Part shown: positions 19,698 through 29,549 of the stretch, in pieces
Numbering within the stretch: position 1 is the stretch's first letter
How the letters are laid out: each line of letters opens with the position of its first letter
Origin: a virus
Length of the DNA: 64,000 bases
Virus record (IMG/VR): IMGVR_UViG_3300025949_000016
Strand: one strand, 5' to 3'
Program-made: the position numbers and the translations under genes
The notes under the pieces: generated by a model
The model's input: the letters and a program-made list of their open reading frames with translations, nothing else
Database searches by the model: none
What the model was told of the DNA's origin: nothing

Positions 19698-20728
19698 AAA
19701 TTTTAACGCTTGTAACCTCTACTAATGCGTGTGATTACCATCGTGTTGTTAATCCTTTTAGATTCTTACCATTAGAAGATAGAGAATCTTTAAAGATTAT
19801 AGAACACGATCAACAAGTGTCTGCAATGGCATTTAAAAACGCTGATTTAGTAGTATTTAATAGATATCCGCCGTTTGACTTAGATCATATACTTTCTTTA
19901 CGTGATAGATTTAAATTCAAAATATGGGTAGATATAGATGATTATTGGAAACTTTATCCTGGACATTATCTAGAAGCTCATTGGAAAAGAGATAAGACAG
20001 AACAAAAAATAATTAAAGCATTAAGTATTGCAGATATTGTTACTGTTACTAATAGAAGATTGTTAAGAGCTGTTTTACCTATTAACGAAAAAGCTAGAAT
20101 AATACCTAATGCTATCCCAATAGGTTTTGATCAGTTTTTATCTCAAAAACAAGAATCTACTACCGTTCGTTTCATGTATGCAGGAGGTCCAAGTCATGGG
20201 AAAGATTTAAAAAGTATAGAGAAATTTTTTACTTTAATGGGTAAAAATGCATGTACTTATAAAAATGTAGAGTTTATTCTAGCTGGATATAGTGATCGTT
20301 ATAAAGAACCTGCACTTCACGAGATGAATGATATAATGTCAAGAGCTCCTAATTATTCTACCTTATTGGGACTACCAGTTAATAAGTACATGAATCATTA
20401 TAATTTTGCAGATGTGTGTTTATCTCCTTTGATCAAAAACGAGTTTAATGAAATGAAATCAAATTTAAAGATAATAGAGGCAGGTTGTATGCGCTGTCCT
20501 ATTATATGCACAAATATGTTTCCATTTCTAGAAGATGAAAAAATGAGAGCTAAAGGAGTCTTTTATTGCAATAATGCAGCAGATTGGAATGATGTTTGTA
20601 CTTATTTAATTAAAAACCCAAATCTTATTGTAGAGTACGGTAACCAACTCTATGATTACGTAAAAGAACATTATGATCTTTTAGAAATAAATAAAATAAG
20701 GAGAGAGATTATTAACTCATTTAAATAA
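19694..20728 (+). CDS. GT-B fold glycosyltransferase
   Basis: YHRV..P, VDIDDYW, ADIVTVT, IIPNAI, YAGGPSH..DL, DVCLSPL..FNEMKSNLKIIEAG. Confidence 0.85.
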   Translation: MKILTLVTSTNACDYHRVVNPFRFLPLEDRESLKIIEHDQQVSAMAFKNADLVVFNRYPPFDLDHILSLRDRFKFKIWVDIDDYWKLYPGHYLEAHWKRDKTEQKIIKALSIADIVTVTNRRLLRAVLPINEKARIIPNAIPIGFDQFLSQKQESTTVRFMYAGGPSHGKDLKSIEKFFTLMGKNACTYKNVEFILAGYSDRYKEPALHEMNDIMSRAPNYSTLLGLPVNKYMNHYNFADVCLSPLIKNEFNEMKSNLKIIEAGCMRCPIICTNMFPFLEDEKMRAKGVFYCNNAADWNDVCTYLIKNPNLIVEYGNQLYDYVKEHYDLLEINKIRREIINSFK

Positions 20729-20734
20729 TTAAAT

Positions 20735-21217
20735 ATGGCAACTTGTAACTATTTTTGTAAATTTGAAAAAAAAGTAAGATCAAGTTTAAAAAAAAGTAAA
20801 AAAGAATATTCAACTAGTATAAACTTTGGTTCATTCATTATTGAATCTGAAGATAACTATGAAGATGGAGATTCAATAGAGCTGGATGTAGAGTATTCTG
20901 AAACTGCTCATTGTTGTGGAGTAGTAGAATTAGGAGATATTGATGTTCAAGATGAAAATAAAGGCTTAATAAAAGAAGAGTGGAAAATTGAGTACATAAA
21001 ATTGCTTCTTCTACATTTATTTAAAAATGAAACTTCAGGAAAATCTTGTAAATTATTTCAATTTACTATACCTATTAGATCTTATAGAGGAAAAATAATA
21101 GAAGACTATCTACTTTTTGAAAAAGGAGCTATAGCCGCAGGGTTTGAATGTGTAGCAGAATTTAAGAATTCTAATTCTGGGAATTTATTACGACATTATA
21201 TAAAATATAAATTATGA
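20735..21217 (+). CDS. GNAT-fold-like protein, paralogue family B (CCG motif)
   Basis: HCCGVVEL..AAGFECVAEFKNSNSGN; resembles 37851 and 39187 products. Confidence 0.5.
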   Translation: MATCNYFCKFEKKVRSSLKKSKKEYSTSINFGSFIIESEDNYEDGDSIELDVEYSETAHCCGVVELGDIDVQDENKGLIKEEWKIEYIKLLLLHLFKNETSGKSCKLFQFTIPIRSYRGKIIEDYLLFEKGAIAAGFECVAEFKNSNSGNLLRHYIKYKL

Positions 21218-21396
21218 CTCAAAACTTAATATTGATTTATTTTATTATTGGTATTACATATACTATTATAAACGGAGCGTTTAGAAAGCTAGATACAGAT
21301 GGTGATTATTTATTGCCACTATCGTGGATACTTATCTGGCCTTTGTTTATACTAGCCTTAATTATTGACAGAACTATTAAACTCTTTAAAAAATGA
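21214..21396 (+). CDS. Small membrane protein
   Basis: Two hydrophobic helices, WILIWP motif. Confidence 0.65.
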   Translation: MTQNLILIYFIIGITYTIINGAFRKLDTDGDYLLPLSWILIWPLFILALIIDRTIKLFKK

Positions 21397-21575
21397 CATT
21401 TTTAAAAGCCGAACTTTTATTAATACTAATATTAATAATTTTATTTTTATTAGATAGCTCTGAAGAGGATCAATTTGATGAATTTAGTAATAGAATAGGA
21501 AATATAGCCGCAGTTTGTACGTTTCTATTATTAATAAACACTATTATTTGTATATTTTATTATATAAAGATATGA
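21393..21575 (+). CDS. Small membrane protein
   Basis: Two hydrophobic helices with an acidic loop. Confidence 0.6.
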   Translation: MTFLKAELLLILILIILFLLDSSEEDQFDEFSNRIGNIAAVCTFLLLINTIICIFYYIKI

Positions 21576-21916
21576 GACCTTTATCATTATCTAGAGAGCA
21601 ATCAACCAAAATAATTGAAATGGCTAAAGAGTTATTTCCAGAATATATCAATATTCGATTTGGAAAAAATTCTGAATATAATTTCATTTGGATGGACTCT
21701 ATGCCAAGCACCAATCCTGATCCAGTAGACTTTCATTGGTTTGAGTTATGTACAACTAAGATTGCTATAAGATTAGAGCAATTAATCAAGGAAAACCCTG
21801 AGCATAGAGAAATAATGGATTTTATACCTTTTATAGTAGTAGATGAAATGATGATGAAAGGTAATCATCCAGTAGATATATTATATGAGCAATATAAAAA
21901 ATTAAAAAATGAATAA
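21572..21916 (+). CDS. Hypothetical protein, paralogue family C
   Basis: ATG 21572 (ATGA overlap); LSREQSTKIIEMAKELFPEY..HWFEL..HPVDILYEQY. Confidence 0.65.
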   Translation: MRPLSLSREQSTKIIEMAKELFPEYINIRFGKNSEYNFIWMDSMPSTNPDPVDFHWFELCTTKIAIRLEQLIKENPEHREIMDFIPFIVVDEMMMKGNHPVDILYEQYKKLKNE

Positions 21917-22403
21917 GCTTGATAGAGATAAACAACATGAAGAATCTGATAAAGATTATAAAAAGCGGCTAACGGAATTTTATAAATCAGAGCGAGCTGA
22001 GTTAAAAGAACATCCTCATATAAGATTTCATGCCTCTAATAAAGTAGAAGATTTAGCGGATATTATTCATAAATTACATATCTTAAGTAAACCTACTTAT
22101 TACTTAGATGGATCACCTCATTGTGATTCAAGCAAAGATAGATCTGAAAATGATCTTTATTTATTAGTAAGATATTACATAAATCCTAAAATAACATTTA
22201 AATTTTGTAGTGAATTATTATGGGAGATGTATAATTTTGGATATAATGCAAATATAGGATGTGGAAAATTTTTTCATATGCATTTCTGTCATACGATCAA
22301 TAGGCATTGTTATACTGCAGTTAGACTAGCAATGAAAGTTGATGAAATAAGAGACTATCTAAAAGAAAAAAATTTAAACTTAAAAGTAAGAAAAGACTTA
22401 TGA
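21909..22403 (+). CDS. Hypothetical protein
   Basis: 164-aa ORF with HC..RS..D and FC..I.R motifs. Confidence 0.6.
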   Translation: MNKLDRDKQHEESDKDYKKRLTEFYKSERAELKEHPHIRFHASNKVEDLADIIHKLHILSKPTYYLDGSPHCDSSKDRSENDLYLLVRYYINPKITFKFCSELLWEMYNFGYNANIGCGKFFHMHFCHTINRHCYTAVRLAMKVDEIRDYLKEKNLNLKVRKDL

Positions 22404-23038
22404 ATCATTTAAAATTTAATCCAGATGAATCAAGTAAGATATGGATAACATCAGACTTCCATTTTAGTCATAAAAATATTATAAAATCAACCTCTAGTTG
22501 GCAATATAAAGATATATGTAGAGAGTTTGATAGCGTAGATCATCATGATCAGTATTTAGTTTATTTAATAAATAAGTACGTAAAATACAATCATACATTA
22601 ATCTTTGCAGGTGATTGGTCTTTTGCAGGATTTGAAAACATTGAAAAATTCTACTGGCAACTAGAATGTCATAATATCCATTTTGTATTAGGTAATCACG
22701 ATCATCATGTTGAAAAGAATAAAGAGAATATTCAAAAATTATTTCTATCTGTTCAAGATCGATTACATATAGAAATTGGAGATAGAAATTTTATCGTTCA
22801 ACACATTCCTTTAGAAACTTGGGAAGGAATATTTAAAGGTTGGTTTCATCTATTTGGCCACCAACATTCTAATAGAATAGGACCTGGAAGAAAAATGGAT
22901 ATTGGAATAGATAAAGCCGGTAATTTATATAAACCTTATAATATAGATGAAATCTTAGAAATATTAGAACCTATTGAAATTCAAGGAGGAATAGGCGATT
23001 CTAATATAGAAGTAGAAACAAAATTAAAAAGAAAATAA
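22400..23038 (+). CDS. Calcineurin-like metallophosphoesterase
   Basis: SDFHFSH, GDW, GNHD, QH, GHQH motifs. Confidence 0.9.
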   Translation: MNHLKFNPDESSKIWITSDFHFSHKNIIKSTSSWQYKDICREFDSVDHHDQYLVYLINKYVKYNHTLIFAGDWSFAGFENIEKFYWQLECHNIHFVLGNHDHHVEKNKENIQKLFLSVQDRLHIEIGDRNFIVQHIPLETWEGIFKGWFHLFGHQHSNRIGPGRKMDIGIDKAGNLYKPYNIDEILEILEPIEIQGGIGDSNIEVETKLKRK

Positions 23039-23039
23039 T

Positions 23040-23408
23040 ATGAAATTAGATCCCAGCTTTAAATTTGTACTAACGAAAGATCAGCAAGAAAAATTACTTG
23101 AAATGGCTAAGTGGACGTTTGAAGATTTAGAAGTAACAAGTAACCATTATGAGACATTTACTGTTAAATTGAAAAAAGATAATTCTTCAACATGGGAGTT
23201 TATAAATCATCTCACTTTATTACTTTTTCATATACCAATGAAACTTGGAATGGATGTTGTTATATGCGATCCTCAAAATCCTAATGTATTATTTGATCAA
23301 ATTTATGAAAAATATTGCATATATAATGATATACCAGAAAAAGCAGTTAGAAAAAGTAAATATAAAAATAGTATAGAATATGATGATGAGTGCTTATATA
23401 TGATATGA
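23040..23408 (+). CDS. Hypothetical protein, paralogue family C
   Basis: LTKDQQEKLLEMAKWTF..FDQIYEKY. Confidence 0.6.
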   Translation: MKLDPSFKFVLTKDQQEKLLEMAKWTFEDLEVTSNHYETFTVKLKKDNSSTWEFINHLTLLLFHIPMKLGMDVVICDPQNPNVLFDQIYEKYCIYNDIPEKAVRKSKYKNSIEYDDECLYMI

Positions 23409-24130
23409 GAAGTTTAGTAGTAGGAGATTTACATGGAAATAATTATGCTTTTGAAAGAGCAATACAAGAATTTGAAAGAGAAAAGCAGGATGAAATAATA
23501 TTTATAGGTGATTACGTAGATGCCTATCATTATACAGATGTAGAAATACTCCATTTATTAAATCAAGTTATAAACTATAAGAAAGAAAACCCAGAAAAAG
23601 TTCAATTATTATTAGGCAATCACTGTGTCCAATATTATTACCTTGGAAATGACTGGTTTAAATGCTCTGGATTTAGAAAAACTTATGCACTTGAAGTTCA
23701 TAAGCTCTTTATGGATAATAAAGATCTCTTTAAGATAGGATATCAACAAGGAGAATATTTATTTACTCATGCTGGAATAACTAGTAAATGGTATGAAAGA
23801 TATTATGATCGCCTTATCTATCACTGTCCAGGAGATTTAAAGTATAATTTTGCAGATACATTAAATATTATGAAGGATACTTTTGATAATTGGATTCTGG
23901 GCTCAATAGGACGAATTAGAGGAGGTTTTGGAATAGGAGGACCCTTATGGGCAGATAAGTCTGAAATGGGTAAATATGAATCTTATAGAGGTTTTAAGCA
24001 AGTAGTTGGACACAGTCGTGTAAATGACATAATAGAAGAACCGTGGGATGTTACTTTTATAGATTGTCTTCATAGGAGAATAAAGTTTTTAACTATTGAT
24101 CATGAAAAGAAACAAGAAATATGTAATTGA
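23405..24130 (+). CDS. Metallophosphoesterase (Ser/Thr phosphatase-like)
   Basis: GDLHG, GDYVD, GNH, THAG, GPLWAD, VGHS; ATG 23405. Confidence 0.9.
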   Translation: MRSLVVGDLHGNNYAFERAIQEFEREKQDEIIFIGDYVDAYHYTDVEILHLLNQVINYKKENPEKVQLLLGNHCVQYYYLGNDWFKCSGFRKTYALEVHKLFMDNKDLFKIGYQQGEYLFTHAGITSKWYERYYDRLIYHCPGDLKYNFADTLNIMKDTFDNWILGSIGRIRGGFGIGGPLWADKSEMGKYESYRGFKQVVGHSRVNDIIEEPWDVTFIDCLHRRIKFLTIDHEKKQEICN

Positions 24131-24305
24131 ATATAGAAGAAAATTAAGAAACCTACAACATCCTCCAGAAAAGATACTTAGAAAAGTAGACCAACAGGAA
24201 GATGAAATAAAAAACTGGGAAAAAAGATACGGCTTTCATGAACTTCAACTGCCATTTTGGCAGCCAGTAACAGATGATTTACCTTTTCCTACACCACCCT
24301 ATTAA
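24096..24305 (+). CDS. Hypothetical protein
   Basis: ~67-69 aa, DDLPF near the C-terminus. Confidence 0.5.
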   Translation: MIMKRNKKYVIEYRRKLRNLQHPPEKILRKVDQQEDEIKNWEKRYGFHELQLPFWQPVTDDLPFPTPPY

Positions 24306-24313
24306 AAAATAAA

Positions 24314-24345
24314 TTTGGTAATTTCGTTTATTTGTTCTAACTTTG
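24314..24345 (+). promoter_or_regulatory. Sigma-A-type promoter for the replication operon (probably leaderless mRNA)
   Basis: TTTG-N20-TAACTTTG; ATG 4 nt downstream. Confidence 0.8.
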
Positions 24346-24349
24346 CATC

Positions 24350-24892
24350 ATGAGGTTAGAAAACTTAGACGACGTACTAAAAGTATGTGCCAAAAATAAT
24401 ATCAGTCCCAATGAATACCTTTTGCTTTATTGTTTGTTGAAAAACAAACCATTACCTCCTCGTTTAAATGATGTTCATTATAAGATAACATTATTTGTAA
24501 CAGGATATTTAAATAATAAATATGAGCTTTTACCAAAAGCATTAAATCTCTTTTACGAAGAGATTGATACAGAAAAAGTAGAACAATATAGGTTATTGTG
24601 GCCGAGTTTAATATTACCTAGTGGTAAAAATGCACGTTGTTCATTAAAAGAATTGCAACCTAAATTCAAATGGTTCTTTGATAATTATGAATATGATTGG
24701 AATACAATAATGAAAGCTACTCAAGAATATATAAAATATTATAGTGAACGTGGTTATAACTTTATGAGAACCTCTTCTTATTTTATATATAAGGAAAGTG
24801 TTCCTAAATTTAGAACCTCAACACTAGCTGAATGGTGCGATAAAGTATTAAATGGAAATGCCCTACATGAGAGTTTTGATATAGATATATAA
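24350..24892 (+). CDS. Putative replication initiator / helicase-loader-type protein
   Basis: N-terminal wHTH-like segment; YRLLWP..SGKNAR..ATQEY..FMRTSSYFIYK; directly upstream of the helicase. Confidence 0.5.
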   Translation: MRLENLDDVLKVCAKNNISPNEYLLLYCLLKNKPLPPRLNDVHYKITLFVTGYLNNKYELLPKALNLFYEEIDTEKVEQYRLLWPSLILPSGKNARCSLKELQPKFKWFFDNYEYDWNTIMKATQEYIKYYSERGYNFMRTSSYFIYKESVPKFRTSTLAEWCDKVLNGNALHESFDIDI

Positions 24893-25926
24893 TGTCTTTA
24901 TTTAAGCGAGCGCTGGAGAGGATTGAAGAAAATAAATTAAAGAAATTTAATTGTATTCCATTTGATGAAAAATTACCAAGAACATCTGAATACTTAAGTG
25001 GACCTCAGCAAGGTAGATATTATATAGTTTCAGGAGCATCTGGTGCCGGTAAGTCACAATTAACAGATGAATTATTCGTATTTACTCCATTTGAATTTAC
25101 ATTAAATAATAAAGAAATAGATATAGATATTCTTTATTGGTCATTAGAGTTAGATGGAGAAACCAAAATGCATCAGTGGATTGCCAAAAGACTATATGAA
25201 AACTATGGCATAAGAACAAATGTAGATATAATTAGATCAGTTGGTAAAGTAAGAATCAATGATAATATTCATATGGCAGTTAAAGAAACCAATGAATATT
25301 TTAGTAAATTAGAATCAAAGTTAAAGTTTTATGAAGGTTCTTATAGCCCTTCTAATATAATAGAGGAGATTGAAAATTATTCAATTCAAAATGGAAAACT
25401 AGATAATAATGGAGTGTATATTCCAAATAATCCTAATAGATATGTAATAATAATAGTTGACCATGCTTCTTTATTATCGTTAGAACCTAATATGAATATT
25501 AAACTTTGTATAGAAAAGTTATCCAAATACTTTGTCAAATGTAAAAATAACTATAAATACATACCTGTTCTTATTCAGCAACAGAGTGCTGAGAAAGAAA
25601 ACGTAGATCATTATAAAGCATCTAAAATGGAGCCATCTAAAGATGGACTGGCAGAATCTAAGTTAACATATAATGATTGTGATGTAGCACTAGGTATATT
25701 TCAACCACAAAAACACGAAATAAGAAATTATAGAGGATATGATATGACACTCACAGGAGACGCTTATAGAAATTTCTCTATATTCAAAAACAGATTTGGT
25801 ATCTCAAATATAAATGTAGGTTTATATTTCGATGGTGCAACCAATTTCTGGAAAGAAATGCCCAAGAAGGAAAACATTAACACTACTCATTATGATATGA
25901 TTAGGAAAAGAAATCCTAATTGGTAA
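24892..25926 (+). CDS. DnaB-like replicative helicase (C-terminal ATPase domain only)
   Basis: Walker A GASGAGKS, SLE, IIVDH, IQQ, KNRFG. Confidence 0.85.
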   Translation: MSLFKRALERIEENKLKKFNCIPFDEKLPRTSEYLSGPQQGRYYIVSGASGAGKSQLTDELFVFTPFEFTLNNKEIDIDILYWSLELDGETKMHQWIAKRLYENYGIRTNVDIIRSVGKVRINDNIHMAVKETNEYFSKLESKLKFYEGSYSPSNIIEEIENYSIQNGKLDNNGVYIPNNPNRYVIIIVDHASLLSLEPNMNIKLCIEKLSKYFVKCKNNYKYIPVLIQQQSAEKENVDHYKASKMEPSKDGLAESKLTYNDCDVALGIFQPQKHEIRNYRGYDMTLTGDAYRNFSIFKNRFGISNINVGLYFDGATNFWKEMPKKENINTTHYDMIRKRNPNW

Positions 25927-26244
25927 ATGTATAAAGGCAAGCTAAGAAGAGATTTGAAAAACCAATTTTTAAGAATTAAAATCCAAAGAATGACTAAGAA
26001 AATCAATCAGAATCAATTAATCGGACAGTTTATCAGTAAAAATAAAAAAAGAAAATTAACCACTTATGAAATTACCACCATGGTAAATAAGGGACTTCCT
26101 AGAGGTGTAAAGAAGCTTACCCCTATACAGGTTAGTAAGTGCTTAAGTAGGTTTAGTATAAAAGGTGTAGTAAAAATTGCAGATTCTAATGGTGTTCATC
26201 CCAAAACTGGCCTAAAAGCCAATAGATGGACATATAGTGCGTAA
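25927..26244 (+). CDS. Basic winged-HTH-like protein
   Basis: LTTYEI..QVSKCLSRF..GVV..W pattern; Lys/Arg-rich. Confidence 0.5.
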   Translation: MYKGKLRRDLKNQFLRIKIQRMTKKINQNQLIGQFISKNKKRKLTTYEITTMVNKGLPRGVKKLTPIQVSKCLSRFSIKGVVKIADSNGVHPKTGLKANRWTYSA

Positions 26245-26282
26245 GTAGTGATTCTTAGTTTGCCTTTATTTAAAAAGTAAAT

Positions 26283-26786
26283 ATGAAAAATATAATATGT
26301 ATAGGTCCAATATGCTCTGGAAAAACTACGTGGTCTTTAGATTTTGTTAGAAATAACGATGATTATATAAGATTTAGTCTAGATGAGTTTAGAATGATGA
26401 CAAATGGCTCTATATCATCCGATAAAATTGATGATAGATTTATGGCCATTATGTACAACTTTATAATAAATATAAACTTTCATAAAAAAGGATTAATAAT
26501 AGATAATCTTCCACTCAATATTGATTGGTTTAATGTAGTACTAAACGGCAGCTCTAAAGACGTGCAGATAAAACTCTTCGATGTAGAATTAAGAGAATCT
26601 ATACTTAGAAATCATAAAAGAAAAAGAGAAGGTGGTCATTTTTTACTTCCAACAGTTATTTCAGAATATATGGAAAAATACAGAAATTTCTTAGACTCAA
26701 ATGAATTTAAGAAATTTACAATAAATAAAAGAGTAGAAGTAATAATAGATGATTTTGTAAATATAAATAAACAATTTATTGCGTAA
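26283..26786 (+). CDS. P-loop kinase (AAA_33 / polynucleotide-kinase-like)
   Basis: GPICSGKTTW, DEFR, IIDN, RNHKR lid. Confidence 0.8.
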   Translation: MKNIICIGPICSGKTTWSLDFVRNNDDYIRFSLDEFRMMTNGSISSDKIDDRFMAIMYNFIININFHKKGLIIDNLPLNIDWFNVVLNGSSKDVQIKLFDVELRESILRNHKRKREGGHFLLPTVISEYMEKYRNFLDSNEFKKFTINKRVEVIIDDFVNINKQFIA

Positions 26787-26812
26787 AATGAAAATGAAAA
26801 CTATGAAAACGA

Positions 26813-27496
26813 ATGGCTAATTCTGCACTAATTTTTGGTGAATCTAAAACAGGTAAGTCAACTTCTATTGAAAAGTTAGATCCTGCTACAACTTTTATTA
26901 TCAATGTGGCAGATAAACCTCTACCTTTTAGAGGTTGGAGGTCTAAATATGTACCATTTAATTCTAAAGAAAAGACAGGAAATATTATTTCTATAAGAAG
27001 AGTTGATCATATATTAAAAGTATTAGATATAATAGATAAAGAAATGCCACACGTTAAAACAATTGTGTTGGAAGATTTTCAATATATGTCTGCATTTGAA
27101 TTTATGCTAAGAATAAAAGAGAATGGATACAATAAGTTTAATGATATAGCTAGTAATATTTTAACAGTTGCTAGTATTAAGCCTCAAGAAATGAGGAAAG
27201 ATCTTATTATCTTTTATTTAAATCATGAAGAAGATGAAGTTGATGATAAAGGAGTAGTTAAAATAAGAGCAAAAACCTGCGGAAAGTTAATTAATAAGCT
27301 TATAACTTTTGAAGGATTATTTACTACTGTTTTAAGATCTAATAATAGAAGTGGTGAGAAAGGTATTGAATATTTCTTTGAAACCCAAAGTAATGGAACA
27401 ACTACCGCAGGTACTCCAAAAGGAATGTTTGAAGAAGTAGAAATACCTAACGACCTTGAACTAGTCAGGAAAGCCATTATAGATTACGAACAATAA
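26813..27496 (+). CDS. AAA_24 / Sak4-like ATPase (recombination)
   Basis: GESKTGKSTS, KPLPF, EDFQY, EGLFTTVL, IPNDL. Confidence 0.8.
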   Translation: MANSALIFGESKTGKSTSIEKLDPATTFIINVADKPLPFRGWRSKYVPFNSKEKTGNIISIRRVDHILKVLDIIDKEMPHVKTIVLEDFQYMSAFEFMLRIKENGYNKFNDIASNILTVASIKPQEMRKDLIIFYLNHEEDEVDDKGVVKIRAKTCGKLINKLITFEGLFTTVLRSNNRSGEKGIEYFFETQSNGTTTAGTPKGMFEEVEIPNDLELVRKAIIDYEQ

Positions 27497-27518
27497 TAAA
27501 AATTAAATTCCGTATAAT

Positions 27519-28160
27519 ATGAATTATGATTTGTCAAAACTAGACGCGAGTCAAAAGCAAGCCAATTTATCCCCTTATCTTACCTATGGATCTAATCAAG
27601 TATTGAAGATTAATGACATTGAGTTAAAGTATTCTAAGAATACTGGATCTCCAAAGGCCATTCTTCATATGGAAACTCCTCCTATAACAACGGATGGATT
27701 TACTCCACTAGAAGGATTTAAAGGTAAAGTTGGTAAAGTTGCTTGTGGTGTATATATGAAAGATGAATCTTCTAAACAATTATTTCTTAGAAAGATGCTT
27801 ACAATTGCTATTGCAATGGGTATTGATGATGAAATAAGAGGATTTAAGGGAGATTCTTTTCAAACTATTGTAGGTAAAATAGCCGACGTTTTTAATAAGA
27901 ACGGTAAGTTTGCTAGGTTTACTGTATTTGGAGAAGAATATCCTAAGATGGGCGGTAAATATGGAGTAACACTTTCCTTACCTAGAACAAACTTTGTAGA
28001 AGCAGAAAATGCCGATCCTTCTATGCTTGTTCAATTTGATAAGAATGATCCTTGGCATTATAAAAAGCTTCCTGAAGGAACATCTATAGAAGGTTTTCAT
28101 GATAATGGTACAGGTAGTGGAGGTAGTTTAGATAGTGATGTTCAAGATCTCCCTTTTTAA
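27519..28160 (+). CDS. Putative single-stranded DNA-binding protein
   Basis: Follows the Sak4-like gene; Gly-rich linker and acidic DLPF C-terminus. Confidence 0.6.
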   Translation: MNYDLSKLDASQKQANLSPYLTYGSNQVLKINDIELKYSKNTGSPKAILHMETPPITTDGFTPLEGFKGKVGKVACGVYMKDESSKQLFLRKMLTIAIAMGIDDEIRGFKGDSFQTIVGKIADVFNKNGKFARFTVFGEEYPKMGGKYGVTLSLPRTNFVEAENADPSMLVQFDKNDPWHYKKLPEGTSIEGFHDNGTGSGGSLDSDVQDLPF

Positions 28161-28190
28161 GCTGTTGTTAAAATCCATATATTAAAATTG

Positions 28191-28216
28191 AAGCCTCTCC
28201 CTTGCGAGAGGCTTTT
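28191..28216 (+). terminator. Intrinsic terminator
   Basis: AAGCCTCTC-ccttgc-GAGAGGCTT then TT. Confidence 0.75.
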
Positions 28217-28228
28217 AAATTGAATGAA

Positions 28229-29227
28229 ATGTATAAATATGACTTAAACAATATTATTGAAACAATAAACGATGTACCGGAGGAGTGGATTTACAAGTAT
28301 TATTATGAACAGAGATTCTTAGGTGATCCCAATCCTTTAAGAGGGAAAATCTATCAACCGTTTGATGGTAGAATAATAAGAGTGAGATCTGCTGTTTCTA
28401 GAGATACAAATCCATCACTGGTATTTTATTATAAAAATGGACACTACTTATGGAATGATTTTTCTAGTGGTATGAAAGGAGATGCCGTAGCTTTTGTATC
28501 TTATATTCTAAATAAAAATAGAAGTCAAGCAGAAATTAACATTTTATATAGTTATGAAGAATTCTTATCCAATGGAGGAGAAATTAAACCTATTATTATA
28601 AGGGAAAGAGAAAAAGCAATCTTTGAACCAATAACAAAATCATTTTCTCAATATTCTATAGAAGACTTTGCAAGTTATAAAATATCTCTTTCTACATTAA
28701 ATTTCTATAAAGTTAAACAATTAGATGAATACAAAATAAAAAAAGGTTCTACTATTACTACTCATACAGGATATACTTTCGGATTTTTTTGCAATAAAGG
28801 ATTATATCAAATATATAGTCCTGGAATGGAGAAAAATAAATATATCCATGTTGATACGTCTTATCTTATAGGTAGTGAACAATTAGAATTTAAAAGTGAT
28901 AATTGTCTAATCATATCTGGCCTTAAAGATATAATGGCACTTAGAGACCTTCAGTTAGACGTTGAATGTGTTGCAGGTTTATCAGAAACTTCTTTATTAT
29001 CATATGATCAAATAGACTTTTTACGCAGTCATTATAAATTTATATTAACTATGTTTGATAATGATAGAGCAGGATTAGAAGGTATGAGAAGATATAAAAA
29101 AGTGTATGATATAGACTTTGTGCATGTTCAAATGGAAAAAGATTTAGCTGAAAATAACCGGTCATACAGTCCAGAGTTTCTAAGAGCTGGTTATACTATA
29201 CTTATAAATAAAAAAATTAATATGTGA
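28229..29227 (+). CDS. DnaG-like TOPRIM primase
   Basis: D.NPS..WNDFSSG..GD; LIISGLKD; FDNDRAG; KDLAE; ATG 28229 preferred over the TTG inside the terminator. Confidence 0.8.
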   Translation: MYKYDLNNIIETINDVPEEWIYKYYYEQRFLGDPNPLRGKIYQPFDGRIIRVRSAVSRDTNPSLVFYYKNGHYLWNDFSSGMKGDAVAFVSYILNKNRSQAEINILYSYEEFLSNGGEIKPIIIREREKAIFEPITKSFSQYSIEDFASYKISLSTLNFYKVKQLDEYKIKKGSTITTHTGYTFGFFCNKGLYQIYSPGMEKNKYIHVDTSYLIGSEQLEFKSDNCLIISGLKDIMALRDLQLDVECVAGLSETSLLSYDQIDFLRSHYKFILTMFDNDRAGLEGMRRYKKVYDIDFVHVQMEKDLAENNRSYSPEFLRAGYTILINKKINM

Positions 29228-29547
29228 AAAATAACCTTAAAATATTATTATCAGCTTATGATGCAAAAGAAAGGCTAATATCTCATTTTGGAATAATTGA
29301 AGTAGGTTTAAAAAGTGGTCAGCATTTAAGAAATGAAATGAAATTTGAGTTTGATAAATTTACTAAATATAATGGGTTTAAACCTAGTTATATGTCTTGC
29401 AGGTTTATATTTATAGATCCAGATAAAGAAGATATTGAATATAGAAAATGTCAACGTTGGCCAGGTTATGAAATTATAAGTAATAAATTTCAAACTACTT
29501 TATTTTACTATAAACCAGATATTGGTGTACAATATAAAACTATTTAG
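29224..29547 (+). CDS. Hypothetical protein
   Basis: 107-aa ORF, GTGA overlap. Confidence 0.55.
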   Translation: MKNNLKILLSAYDAKERLISHFGIIEVGLKSGQHLRNEMKFEFDKFTKYNGFKPSYMSCRFIFIDPDKEDIEYRKCQRWPGYEIISNKFQTTLFYYKPDIGVQYKTI

Positions 29548-29549
29548 TT

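Noticed and set aside
28202-28228. TTG start for the primase
   Set aside because: Lies in a terminator hairpin; the in-frame ATG at 28229 is more plausible
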